A stretch of DNA of 64,000 nucleotides from an uncultured Candidatus Entotheonella sp. (lineage in GTDB: Bacteria; Tectomicrobia; Entotheonellia; Entotheonellales; Entotheonellaceae). The DNA is taken from positions 1,664,001 to 1,728,000 of the forward strand of contig OZ244252.1 in the NCBI GenBank assembly GCA_965217185.1. Direction: 5' to 3'. Positions 48,358-58,041 of this stretch are shown here, in pieces; within the stretch, counting starts at the first letter, position 1; each line of letters begins with the position of its first letter. The notes beneath the pieces are model-generated. The model ran no database searches. It was given only the letters and a program-made list of their open reading frames with translations, and was not told the DNA's origin. The position numbers were made by a program, and so were the translations under genes.

Positions 48358-49448
48358 GCGGCGGCAACTCCCAAGGCGTGCATGACGAGGTCGTGCACCC
48401 GCGGGCGCAGCCGAGAAATGCCGTCGGCTCGCCGCGATGGATGCACACGATTGGTGCAGAGAACAACGCTGACCTGCCGCTCAAGGTCGATCCACAGGCT
48501 GCACCCCGTGAACCCCAGATGTCCAACGGCATTGGCGCTGAAAAACGATCCGGTGCTGGAGCGTCCCGGCGTCGGCGTGTCCCATCCCAGGGCCCGCGTG
48601 GTGCCCGGCGGAGCGGCCCGCCGCTGCCAGCTCTGACACAGCAACTCGGGAGACAGCCAATCGCGCCGTCCGGCGGCGGCTTCCAGCATGGCGTGCGCAA
48701 ATTCCCACACCCCGGCGGCGGTGGCGAACAGGCCGGCGTGCGCGGCAACGCCGCCCATAGCCCAGGCATTGGCGTCGTGCACCTCGCCCGACAGCACCCG
48801 CCCGCGCCAGTCGCAGCGCTCCGTTGCGGCGAAGCCCGACAGGTCGCCGTCACTCTCCGGTGCACCCAGCGGGCGGTACGCAACCCGGTTCAGACTTAAA
48901 GGCTGCACCACTCGTTGCTCGAACAAGTCGTCGAGCGGCTGCGCATAGCACGTTTCCAGAATATCCCCGAGCACGATGAAACCTAAATCGCTGTACACCG
49001 ATGCCTGCCCCGACCGGTAGGCAAGCGGTTCTTCCAGAATCAGCGCCGCCGCCCGACGCCGACGCTGCCGCCCCGTGCCGTTCGACCCCAGTTTGTCGTA
49101 CAAGGGCAACCAGTCGGCAAAACCACCGCTGTGCGACAGCAGTTGGCGCACGGTAACCGCGCCCACGCCGGCCGGCGCGGTAGGGTAGAAACGTCGCAGC
49201 GGATCGTCCAATTGCAGGGCGCCGTCCCGATGCGCCCCCAGCACCAGCGGTGTGGTGGCCATCACCTTGGTCAATGAGGCAATGTCAAACAGCGTCTCGC
49301 GCCGCATCGCCCACCGTTCTGGCACCCACGACGCGGCGCCGTATGCCTCGTGCCACACGACCTCGCCCCGGTGGGCCACGCAAACGACCGCCCCCGGCAC
49401 ATCGCCGCAGGCCACGGATTGCCGGAGGTAGGCATCCAGTCGCTGCAT
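48354..49448 (-). CDS. serine hydrolase of the beta-lactamase family, no signal peptide
   Basis: ASLTK (SxxK), LLSHSGG, YSDLG, GEVHD.NA and GHLGFTG motifs. Confidence 0.88.
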   Translation of the reverse strand: MQRLDAYLRQSVACGDVPGAVVCVAHRGEVVWHEAYGAASWVPERWAMRRETLFDIASLTKVMATTPLVLGAHRDGALQLDDPLRRFYPTAPAGVGAVTVRQLLSHSGGFADWLPLYDKLGSNGTGRQRRRRAAALILEEPLAYRSGQASVYSDLGFIVLGDILETCYAQPLDDLFEQRVVQPLSLNRVAYRPLGAPESDGDLSGFAATERCDWRGRVLSGEVHDANAWAMGGVAAHAGLFATAAGVWEFAHAMLEAAAGRRDWLSPELLCQSWQRRAAPPGTTRALGWDTPTPGRSSTGSFFSANAVGHLGFTGCSLWIDLERQVSVVLCTNRVHPSRRADGISRLRPRVHDLVMHALGVAAA

Positions 49449-49450
49449 GC

Positions 49451-50398
49451 TCAACACTCCCGCATGGTTACCGGCGACTCGCACAGCACCAGCCGCCCGC
49501 CGCGAATTGCAGCCCCGACGCCGAACGGCAGGGTCAGCGGCTGCGGACAATGACCGGCGGGAAAGCCGTAGAGAATCGGGAGGTCCAGGTCGCCCAGCAC
49601 GTCGACGATGACGTCCTTGGCGTCGTAAGGCAAATGGGCGTCAGCCTCGACCCGGTCGAAGTGCCCGAACACGAGGCCGCGCACACCCTGTAACAGGCCG
49701 GACAATTTCAAGGTCGTCAGCAGGCGGTCAATGGCGTACAGGCGCTCGCCCTTGTCCTCCAGGAACAAAATAGCGTCCCGCGTGCATGGCTGGAACGGCG
49801 TGCCGATAGCGCAGGCAAACACCGACAGACAACCGCCCAGTAAGCGTCCCTCGGCGTCGCCTGCGCGCAGCACCGTAAGGCCGTCCTGACAGGCATCCGG
49901 CGGTTGCATGGCTTCCATGTCCCCCGTCAGCACGCCCATCAATTGCTGCCGCGCCGCGGCGCTGAACTCGCGGCGCAAATCGCCGCACAACACAGGGCCG
50001 TGCAGGGTTGCAAGTCCGCAACAGGCATCGAGATAGCACAGCAGACTCGTGAGGTCACTGTAGCCCATGAATAGCTTGGGGTTGGCGCGGATGGTGCTGG
50101 CGTCTAGGAAGGGCGCCAGCCGTTGCGAGCCGTAACCGCCGCGGCAGCAGAAGATGGCCTTGATGTCCGGATCGGCGAACAGGGTTTGCAGTTCAGCGGC
50201 GCGCTCGGCGTCGCGCCCGGCGAGATAGCGGTAGCGCTCGAATACCCGCGGCTCGTAGCGCACCCGGAAGCCCATGTCGTGCAGCACCTCGATGCCCTCG
50301 TGCAGCGCCTCCTCCCGGAACGGGCTGGCCGGCGCCGCTAGGCCGATGCAGTCGCCTTCCCGCAGGGCGGGCGGCCGCACAACGGGCGTGGTCTCCAT
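49451..50398 (-). CDS. ldcA: muramoyltetrapeptide LD-carboxypeptidase (peptidase S66)
   Basis: RGGYGS, GYSD, LFLED and GH motifs. Confidence 0.9.
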   Translation of the reverse strand: METTPVVRPPALREGDCIGLAAPASPFREEALHEGIEVLHDMGFRVRYEPRVFERYRYLAGRDAERAAELQTLFADPDIKAIFCCRGGYGSQRLAPFLDASTIRANPKLFMGYSDLTSLLCYLDACCGLATLHGPVLCGDLRREFSAAARQQLMGVLTGDMEAMQPPDACQDGLTVLRAGDAEGRLLGGCLSVFACAIGTPFQPCTRDAILFLEDKGERLYAIDRLLTTLKLSGLLQGVRGLVFGHFDRVEADAHLPYDAKDVIVDVLGDLDLPILYGFPAGHCPQPLTLPFGVGAAIRGGRLVLCESPVTMREC

Positions 50399-50884
50399 CT
50401 ACGCGCCTGCCGTGCCGGCGGCGAGGTAGGCGGCCATCATGTCGAGCGCGTAGTCGGCGATCTGTTCCTGAATGCCATGCCGGTCGCCATCGAAGCGCGC
50501 CTCGGCATCCAACATGCCGGTCGGGGTGTGGAGGGCGAAATACGTCATCCCCAACGGCTTGGGAGAGCGCCCGCGAATCGGCCCGGCGATACCCGTCTCA
50601 GCCAGAACCAAGTCAGCCTGGCTGATGCGTTGCAATCCTACGGCCATGGCGCGGACCGACTCAACACTGACCACGCCGTATGCCTGCGTCACATCCGGGT
50701 CGATACCGAGGGCCTGGACCTTCGCCGCCTGACTGTATGCCACGATGCCGCGGTCGAAATACGCCGAGCTGCCCGGCAGGCGCACAAAACGCACCGAAAT
50801 CAGGCCACCGGTAGTGGTCTCGGCCAACGCCAGACGCCATCCGCGTTCGATCAGACGGGCGGCGATGGTTGTTTCGATTGGCAC
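50399..50884 (-). CDS. CinA C-terminal domain (PncC-like NMN deamidase family)
   Basis: LAETTTGG, PGSSAYF, YS...K, GVVS and TGIAGP motifs; likely GTG start at 50884. Confidence 0.82.
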   Translation of the reverse strand: MPIETTIAARLIERGWRLALAETTTGGLISVRFVRLPGSSAYFDRGIVAYSQAAKVQALGIDPDVTQAYGVVSVESVRAMAVGLQRISQADLVLAETGIAGPIRGRSPKPLGMTYFALHTPTGMLDAEARFDGDRHGIQEQIADYALDMMAAYLAAGTAGA

Positions 50885-51031
50885 AGGAGAATTCCTTGGA
50901 GGCGGAAGTAAGGAGAGCGAAAACGGAAAGATTATAACGGATGTCGTCAAGGGGTCAGGGTGGCAATTTCCGGTCTGGGCAGGGGTTGTGTACAATGGGT
51001 CCCGTTAAACCAATCGGCGGAAACAGGGCAT

Positions 51032-51053
51032 CGGATTTGAATCTGTCCTACGG
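51032..51053 (-). repeat. degenerate REP-like palindrome, family 2, copy A
   Basis: CGGATTTGAATC shared with 51925-51936; the reverse strand reads GTAG-GACAGATT-CA-AATCCG. Confidence 0.4.
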
Positions 51054-51100
51054 GTACTGCGCCGTAATAAGGCGGGCGACCCAGACGAAAGGGCATCGCA

Positions 51101-51919
51101 ATGCGAGGATTGGGCCGTTCCGCGGACGGCCGCCGCACCCGGCGGCGAGCCTTGGTAACCGGCGCCTCGTCGGGGCTGGGCACGGTGTTTGCCGAGGCGC
51201 TGGCGCGGCGCGGCTTCGACTTGGTGATCGTTGCCCGGCGACGCGAGCGGCTGGAAGCCCTGGCCGACGAATTGCGCGATCGCTACGAGGTAGCCGTGCA
51301 GGTGCTGGTCGCCGATCTCACCCAGGCCGCGGACCTGCAAGCCATCGAGAGCCACGTGGCCAGTGACGCTGCCCTGACGATTCTGGTGAACAATGCCGGC
51401 TTTGGCACCATCGGGCGCTTCGCGGCGCTTGATCCGGACCGTGACGAAGCCGAGGTCCGCCTGAACGTCGTAGCGCTATCCCGCCTCACTCGCGCCGCGC
51501 TGCCGGGCATGATCGCTCGCGGTCTGGGCGGCATCATCAACGTGTCGTCCGTGACAGCGCTGCTGCCCGGCCCCTACCACGCCACCTACGGCGCCACCAA
51601 GGCGTTCGTCAACAGCTTCACGGAGGCCGTGCACGAAGAACTACACGGTACCGGTGTGCGTGTGCAGGCCCTGTGCCCCGGTTTCACGCGCACCGAATTC
51701 CAGGAACGCGCCGGCGTTGCCTCGCGGAACGTCCCGTCTTTCGCCTGGATGACTCCCGAATATGTGGTCGAAGCGTCGCTGACCGGCCTGCGCCGCGGCA
51801 CCCTGGTGTGCGTGCCCGGGCCGATATACCAAGTGCTGACGACGCTGATCGCGGTGTTGCCGCGCTCCCTGGTGCGCCGCCTGAACGGCATCATGTCGCG
51901 CCGGACATTGAACCAATGA
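51101..51919 (+). CDS. short-chain dehydrogenase/reductase
   Basis: TGASSGLG, NNAG and YGATK motifs. Confidence 0.93.
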   Translation: MRGLGRSADGRRTRRRALVTGASSGLGTVFAEALARRGFDLVIVARRRERLEALADELRDRYEVAVQVLVADLTQAADLQAIESHVASDAALTILVNNAGFGTIGRFAALDPDRDEAEVRLNVVALSRLTRAALPGMIARGLGGIINVSSVTALLPGPYHATYGATKAFVNSFTEAVHEELHGTGVRVQALCPGFTRTEFQERAGVASRNVPSFAWMTPEYVVEASLTGLRRGTLVCVPGPIYQVLTTLIAVLPRSLVRRLNGIMSRRTLNQ

Positions 51920-51924
51920 ACGAA

Positions 51925-51946
51925 CGGATTTGAATCCCACCCCTAT
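51925..51946 (-). repeat. degenerate REP-like palindrome, family 2, copy B
   Basis: CGGATTTGAATC...CCTA as in copy A. Confidence 0.4.
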
Positions 51947-51966
51947 CAGGTATGAAGGAACAGCCA

Positions 51967-52377
51967 ATGGATATCGCCAAGGCGCAACAATTTCTGCGCG
52001 ACAACGAATGCGCGGTTCTCGCGACCACACGGCGCAACGGTGAGATTCAGATGTCGCCGGTCACCGTCGGCCTCGATGCAGAGGGGCGGGCGATTATCAG
52101 CAGCCGCGAGACCGCCTATAAGGTCCGCAACCTGCGCCGTCGTCCACAGGCATCGCTGTGCGTTTTCGTCGACGAGTTCACCGGTCCGTGGGTGCAGGTC
52201 AACGGCACCGCCGAAATCGTTTCCCTGCCCGAGGCCATGGAACTGCTGGTGGAATACTATCGGCAAGTCGCCGGCGAGCACCCCGACTGGGATGATTACC
52301 GCCGTGCCATGCAGCGGGACCAGCGCGTGCTCATTCGCATCACCATTGAAAGCGCCGGACCCGATCACAAGGGGTAG
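51967..52377 (+). CDS. PPOX-class (putative F420-dependent) oxidoreductase
   Basis: VLATTRRNG..QMSPV, K.RNLRR.P and EHPDWDDYRRAM...RV motifs. Confidence 0.85.
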   Translation: MDIAKAQQFLRDNECAVLATTRRNGEIQMSPVTVGLDAEGRAIISSRETAYKVRNLRRRPQASLCVFVDEFTGPWVQVNGTAEIVSLPEAMELLVEYYRQVAGEHPDWDDYRRAMQRDQRVLIRITIESAGPDHKG

Positions 52378-52410
52378 TACGGCGGCCAACCACAAACCCC
52401 GGAGTTTCTG

Positions 52411-54183
52411 ATGGGTCTGGAATCCGCCATCACGCTGGCCGTGATCGGGGTTCTGCTGGGTCTGCTCATTTGCACCCGGCTGTCGCCGCACCTCGTTCTG
52501 CTGGGTGGCCTGACACTCCTCTTCACCCTCGGTATCGTCACCGAGAAAGACGTGCTGGCGGGATTCGCCAATCCCGGCATGGTCACCGTCGCGGTGTTGT
52601 TCGCGGTGGTCGCCGGCCTGCGCGAGACCGCCGCCATGCACTGGCTGGCGGAGCCACTGCTCGGCCGGCCGCACTCGCTCGGCGCCGCGCAGGCGCGCAT
52701 CATGGGGCCGGTAGCGGTGCTCAGCGCCTTCATGAACAATACCCCGCTGGTGGCCGCCATGCTCCCAGTGCTGAACGATTGGGCACGCAAGCAGGGCATT
52801 TCCATCTCCAAGCTCCTCATCCCGCTCTCCTTCGCATCCATCCTCGGCGGTGCCTGCACGCTCATCGGCACCAGCACGATCCTGGTCGTGAACGGCCTCA
52901 TCCTGTCCGAGCTCGGCGCCGACAAAAGCCTCGGCATGTTCGACATCACTGCCGTCACTCTGCCTTGCGCCGTGGTGGGCTTGGTGTTCCTGCTGCTGTT
53001 CAGCAGCCGACTGTTGCCGGATCGCCGGCCGGTCCTCAGCCAGCAAGACGACGTGCGACAGTACACGGTGGAGATGGTGGTGTCGGGTGGCAGCCACTTG
53101 GCGGGCAAGTCGATCGAGGAGGCCGGCCTGCGGCATCTGCCGGGGCTCTATCTGATGGAAATCGAGCGCATGGGGGAGGTTCTGCCGGCGGTGTCGTCCA
53201 ACGTGGTGCTGCGCGAGCAGGACCGGCTGGTGTTCGTGGGGATTGTCGAATCGGTGGTTGACTTGCAGAAAATCCGCGGCCTCGAACCCGCCACCAATCA
53301 GGTCTACAAGATCGATGAACCGCGCCCCAACCGCCGCCTCGTCGAGGCCGTCGTCTCCGACACCTGCCCCATCATCGGCCAAACGATTCGCCGCGGGCAG
53401 TTCCGCAGCCGCTATCACGCCGCCGTCATCGCCGTGGCGCGTAATGGACAGCGCCTCAGCGGCAAGGTCGGCGACATCGTCCTGCAGGCGGGCGATACGC
53501 TGTTGCTGGAAGGCCGCGCCTCGTTTGCCGACCAACAACGCAACAGCCGCGATTTTTACCTGGTCTCGCAAATCGAAAACTCGGCGCCGCCACGGCACGA
53601 AAAAGCACCTCTGGCATTGCTGCTGCTCGGGGTCATGGTTCTGGCGGTCACGTTGACGCCCATGAGTATGCTTAACGCCGCCTTGATTGTCACCGGGCTG
53701 ATGATCGCCACCGGCTGTTGCACCGCGGCAGCGGCCCTACGCAGCGTCGATTGGCAAATGCTGCTCATCATCGCGGCCTCGCTCGGCATCGGGCGCGCCA
53801 TGGAAACGAGCGGCGCGGCCACCTGGATTACGACTGGGCTGCTGTCGATGGCGGGCAGCGAGCCGCGCCTGCTGCTGGCGGTGATTTGCGGCGTCACCAT
53901 GCTGTTTACCAACATTATCAACGCCAAGGCCGCGGCAGTGCTGATGTTCCCCATCGCCGTGCACGCCGCCGGCACCCTGGGAATTGATCCGATGCCATTT
54001 GCCATCGCCATCATGATCGGTTCGGCGGCGAGCTTCGTCACCCCGATTGGCTATCAGACCAACCTGATGGTCTTCGGACCGGGGGGGTACCGCTTCAGCG
54101 ATTACGTCAAACTGGGATTGCCGCTCAGCATTTTGGTGTGGGGCGTTGCGGTGATGCTGATTCCGATGTTCTGGGGATTTTAG
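52411..54183 (+). CDS. SLC13/DASS family permease with two TrkA-C domains
   Basis: SAFMNNT, LGGACTLIGTSTIL and TPIGYQTNLMV motifs; central soluble RCK_C repeats. Confidence 0.92.
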   Translation: MGLESAITLAVIGVLLGLLICTRLSPHLVLLGGLTLLFTLGIVTEKDVLAGFANPGMVTVAVLFAVVAGLRETAAMHWLAEPLLGRPHSLGAAQARIMGPVAVLSAFMNNTPLVAAMLPVLNDWARKQGISISKLLIPLSFASILGGACTLIGTSTILVVNGLILSELGADKSLGMFDITAVTLPCAVVGLVFLLLFSSRLLPDRRPVLSQQDDVRQYTVEMVVSGGSHLAGKSIEEAGLRHLPGLYLMEIERMGEVLPAVSSNVVLREQDRLVFVGIVESVVDLQKIRGLEPATNQVYKIDEPRPNRRLVEAVVSDTCPIIGQTIRRGQFRSRYHAAVIAVARNGQRLSGKVGDIVLQAGDTLLLEGRASFADQQRNSRDFYLVSQIENSAPPRHEKAPLALLLLGVMVLAVTLTPMSMLNAALIVTGLMIATGCCTAAAALRSVDWQMLLIIAASLGIGRAMETSGAATWITTGLLSMAGSEPRLLLAVICGVTMLFTNIINAKAAAVLMFPIAVHAAGTLGIDPMPFAIAIMIGSAASFVTPIGYQTNLMVFGPGGYRFSDYVKLGLPLSILVWGVAVMLIPMFWGF

Positions 54184-54226
54184 GCGGGAAAAATCGGGCG
54201 GATTGGGGAAACCCGCCCGCGCAGCG

Positions 54227-55450
54227 TTACGCCAAGGGCGCCGGTACCGCCCGATCTGCCACCGGTTCCGGCCACCAGTTGTCCTCATACTCGCTCCACA
54301 TGCTCTTCATGTGGGGCATCACTTCTTTGGCGAACAATTCCGTGTTGTAGCGCGTCAATTCCGGCGGCATGCTGCCGAAATGGCACAGCACCATCAGGTG
54401 CCCGACGCGCATGTCGCGCATGGCTTCCGACAGTTGCTGCCGCACAGTCTCCGGGCTACCGCCGATCACGTAGCCCTGCTCCACGAAGTCCTTCCAGGTG
54501 AGATTGTCGCGCGCCTGCGTGGCCGCAGCGCCGAACTGCGGCTTGAAACCCCGCCGCAGCGTCTCCGCGGTGCGATAGCCCGGCGCGTCGGCAAAGCCCT
54601 CGTAGATGTGCAGGCAGCGATTGTAGAAATAATCGGCGTGCTCCGCATACAGTTTCTCGGCCTGCGCGTCCGTATCGGCAACCGCCACAAGCTGCAGAAA
54701 GCCGACCCGGTACGGATTGGGCTCCACGCCGCGTTGATCCACCACTTCCCAGAAGCCGTCCAGCACGTTCTTGCCGCGTTTGTAGCCGAAATAGCTCAGG
54801 TAGCAATAGCAGTAATCGTGTTCCAGGCACCAATCCCACGTCTCGATACTGCCGCCGCCGGGAATCCAGATCGGCGGATGCGGTTTCTGCAGCGGGCGCG
54901 GCCAGATGTTGACGTAGCGCAACTGGGTGTGCTTGCCGTTGAACGGGAACGGCTCGGGGCGCGTCCACGCCTGGATAATCAGGTCGTGCGCTTCACGGTA
55001 TTTGTCGCGTAGAGAGGCGGGCGCCTCGCCGTAGGCAAAATTAGTATCCATCGAACTGCCGACAGGGAAACCAGCCACCAGCCGCCCGCCGCTCATGACG
55101 TCGAGCATGGCGAACTCCTCCGCCACCCGCACCGGCGGGTTGTACAACGCGATGGAGTTGCCCAGCACTACCAAGGCCGCCTTGGAGGTGCGTCGCGTCA
55201 GCGCTGCGGCCATCAGATTCGGCGACGGCATCAGCCCATAGGCGTTGGCGTGGTGCTCGTTCACGCACAGGCCGTCGAACCCCGACTGCTCGGCGAATTC
55301 CAATTCGTCCAAATAGTCGTTATAAACGGTGTGACCTTTTTCCGGGTCAAACAATTCGCTCGGCACGTCGACCCACACGCTGCGGTATTTCTGCTTGAAA
55401 TCGTCCGGCAGATACGGATAGGGCATAAGGTGGAACCAATTCACTTTCAT
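54227..55450 (-). CDS. LLM-class flavin-dependent oxidoreductase (luciferase-like)
   Basis: NEHH, PVRVAEEFAMLDVMSGGRL, PRPLQKPHPPIW and GSPETV motifs. Confidence 0.92.
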   Translation of the reverse strand: MKVNWFHLMPYPYLPDDFKQKYRSVWVDVPSELFDPEKGHTVYNDYLDELEFAEQSGFDGLCVNEHHANAYGLMPSPNLMAAALTRRTSKAALVVLGNSIALYNPPVRVAEEFAMLDVMSGGRLVAGFPVGSSMDTNFAYGEAPASLRDKYREAHDLIIQAWTRPEPFPFNGKHTQLRYVNIWPRPLQKPHPPIWIPGGGSIETWDWCLEHDYCYCYLSYFGYKRGKNVLDGFWEVVDQRGVEPNPYRVGFLQLVAVADTDAQAEKLYAEHADYFYNRCLHIYEGFADAPGYRTAETLRRGFKPQFGAAATQARDNLTWKDFVEQGYVIGGSPETVRQQLSEAMRDMRVGHLMVLCHFGSMPPELTRYNTELFAKEVMPHMKSMWSEYEDNWWPEPVADRAVPAPLA

Positions 55451-55512
55451 TACGAGCGCCTCCTGTCTGGAAAGCCTGCCACGGTCTTTTCGGGATCGCC
55501 CCGCACCGCGGC

Positions 55513-55610
55513 ATCATACGGCACGGCTTGCGAAGCTGTCAAAACACCCAAGCCGCTTCGTCCGGTTGAAGGCTCACCCAATTGACACGACCCGGCAACT
55601 TGTGTAAGTT
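55513..55610. promoter_or_regulatory. divergent sigma70 promoters for the LLM gene and tRNA-Gly
   Basis: Minus: TTGACA-18-TATGAT (55542-55513); plus: TTGACA-17-TAAGTT with extended TG (55582-55610). Confidence 0.6.
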
Positions 55611-55635
55611 GATCAGCCGCGATACGTCATGCCGA

Positions 55636-55707
<72 letters not shown>

Positions 55708-55746
55708 CCTTCTTTTGCCGTTCCCCGCTTTCCGTTGAGGCCGTGC

Positions 55747-56190
55747 GTGTTCCACCGCTGGTTCCTTTGCCTGACCGTTCCTCTCTTCCTGTTGACCGCC
55801 TGCATTCCCGAACCGCTCGACTTGGCTCTCAAAGGCAAATTGCCCGAGGGCGAGAGCAATACGGTCATCACCGTCTATTGCCAGACGTGCCATATTCACC
55901 GCACCTTCGAGGCGGCGAACCACCCCCCGCGGATGCAAGCCCTCTATGACCGCGAGCCGTACACCGCCGCCACGCAATGCCGCACCTGCCATCTGGTGGG
56001 CGAAAACACCTGGGGCATGAAATCCCGCAAGACCCTCTTCCCCGCCGACGTGGCCGGCCATCGCTTCGCCGCTTCTGAACGAGGTCTTCCCAAACGGGGC
56101 CTTATCAGGAAAATCTCGGAGTTTCTAAGCCCCTCCACCAAGCGCGGCGCTGATGCCTCTGAAGCCGGGCCGCAGGGTGTAAACCAGTAA
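55747..56190 (+). CDS. putative diheme cytochrome c lipoprotein
   Basis: Lipobox LLTAC; CQTCH and CRTCH; start codon uncertain. Confidence 0.7.
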   Translation: MFHRWFLCLTVPLFLLTACIPEPLDLALKGKLPEGESNTVITVYCQTCHIHRTFEAANHPPRMQALYDREPYTAATQCRTCHLVGENTWGMKSRKTLFPADVAGHRFAASERGLPKRGLIRKISEFLSPSTKRGADASEAGPQGVNQ

Positions 56191-56211
56191 CATCGGGGTG
56201 GGGAGCCCATC

Positions 56212-57951
56212 GTGCTGACACAATGGCAGGTTGCCGACCCCGACCCCGCCACCCAAGACCGGCTGGCCGCCGAGTTGTCCCTCTCTCCCCTGCTCTGCCA
56301 GATTCTCATCAATCGCAGCATCTCCGATGCCACAGCCGCCAGAACGTTTCTTTCCCCATCGCTGCACGACTTGCATGACCCCTACCTGCTGCTCGGTATG
56401 GACACCGCGGTTCGGCGCATCGTTGCCGCCGTGCAGCAAGGCGAGCCGATGGCAGTGTATGGGGACTACGATGTCGATGGGGTCACCGCTACAGCGTTGC
56501 TCATGACGTTCTTCGAGGCGCTGGGACTACGGGTGGTGCCTTACATTCCGGAACGCCAAGGGGAGGGTTACGGACTCAACGCCGACGCCATGCACCAACT
56601 GGCGCAACAAGGCGCGCGGTTGTTGATTACGGTGGATTGCGGCAGCACGGCATTGGCAGAGGTGGCGCTGGCGCGCGAGTTGGGCATCGACACCATCATC
56701 ACGGACCACCATCAACCGCCCGAAACGCTGCCGGCGGCCTTGGCCATTCTGAACCCGCATCAACCGGACTGCGGCTATCCGAACAAGCATTTATGCGGCG
56801 TCGGCCTGGTATTCAAGCTGCTGACGGCGCTGCGGGCGTCCATGCGGCAGGTTGGAATGCTCCGCGAGCGGCTGCCGAACCTCAAACGGCATCTCGATTT
56901 GGTGGCGCTGGGGACCATCGCGGACGTCACTCCGATTCGCGGGGAGAACCGCGTCATCGTGCATTATGGCTTGCAGGAATTGACGCAAACGCTCAAGCCG
57001 GGTTTGCAAGCGCTTCGCCAGGTGAGCAGCCGCCAGGGCAAGGCGGCGAACGTCGGCGAGGTTGGCTTTCAACTGGCGCCGCGGCTCAACGCCAGCGGGC
57101 GGCTGGGATCGGCGTCGCAAAGCCTGGAATTGCTCATGGCCCGTGACCGGGCAGAAGCCGAGCGCTTGGCGGGATTGCTCGACGAAGTGAACCAGCAGCG
57201 CCGCACGCTGCAGCGCAACGTCGAGCAGGCGGTGCACGAGCGAATTGGTCAGCAGTATGGCGGCACACCGCCGGCAGCCATCGTGCTGGGCGATGCGGAT
57301 TGGCATCTGGGGGTGGTGGGCATCGTGGCGGCCCGCATCGCCGAAACCTACCACCGCCCGACGTTTCTGTTACAGATCAACGGCGGCATCGCCAGAGGTT
57401 CGGGACGGAGCATTCCGGCGTTCGACTTGTACAACGGTCTTCAGCACTGCGCCGAATGGCTGCGGCAGTTCGGCGGGCATCGCTACGCCGCGGGCCTGAC
57501 CATGGCCGCCGAGCATCTGCCGGCTCTGCAGGAAGCTTTCATTCGCCATGCCGACGACCGCCTCGGACCGGATGATCTGCAGCCTGTCTTACGCCTGGAA
57601 GCGGTTGTGCCGCTCGCTGACATCACCGAAACACTGGTGAACGACCTAGCGGCCCTGGCGCCGCACGGGTCGGGTAATCCGACGCCGGTGTTTGCGGCCT
57701 ATGGCGTGCATATCGCCTCCCCCATCCGGCGCCTCGGTCAGGAGGGACAACACGCGCGTTTCCGGGTCGAGCAAGCGGGTACCGGCCTGGACGTCATCGC
57801 CTTTCAGCAAGCCGACCGTGTGGCGGAGGCGGCGGCCGATAGCGGCGCGCACGATATCGCCTTCACGCCGACCATCAACACTTGGCGCGACCGCAGCAGC
57901 CTGGAATTACAGCTACGCGACCTGCGGCCCCACGTCCCGAAACCCCATTGA
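56212..57951 (+). CDS. recJ: single-stranded DNA exonuclease RecJ
   Basis: GDYDVDG, TVDCG, TDHH, GTIAD, PRLNASGR, GSGRS and GGH motifs. Confidence 0.97.
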   Translation: MLTQWQVADPDPATQDRLAAELSLSPLLCQILINRSISDATAARTFLSPSLHDLHDPYLLLGMDTAVRRIVAAVQQGEPMAVYGDYDVDGVTATALLMTFFEALGLRVVPYIPERQGEGYGLNADAMHQLAQQGARLLITVDCGSTALAEVALARELGIDTIITDHHQPPETLPAALAILNPHQPDCGYPNKHLCGVGLVFKLLTALRASMRQVGMLRERLPNLKRHLDLVALGTIADVTPIRGENRVIVHYGLQELTQTLKPGLQALRQVSSRQGKAANVGEVGFQLAPRLNASGRLGSASQSLELLMARDRAEAERLAGLLDEVNQQRRTLQRNVEQAVHERIGQQYGGTPPAAIVLGDADWHLGVVGIVAARIAETYHRPTFLLQINGGIARGSGRSIPAFDLYNGLQHCAEWLRQFGGHRYAAGLTMAAEHLPALQEAFIRHADDRLGPDDLQPVLRLEAVVPLADITETLVNDLAALAPHGSGNPTPVFAAYGVHIASPIRRLGQEGQHARFRVEQAGTGLDVIAFQQADRVAEAAADSGAHDIAFTPTINTWRDRSSLELQLRDLRPHVPKPH

Positions 57952-58041
57952 CACACCCACGGGGATACTCTACTACTTGACGACATTGAATATCCGAAAA
58001 GATCCAGACGATTCGCCACACGACGTAAAGGCCACGCATCC

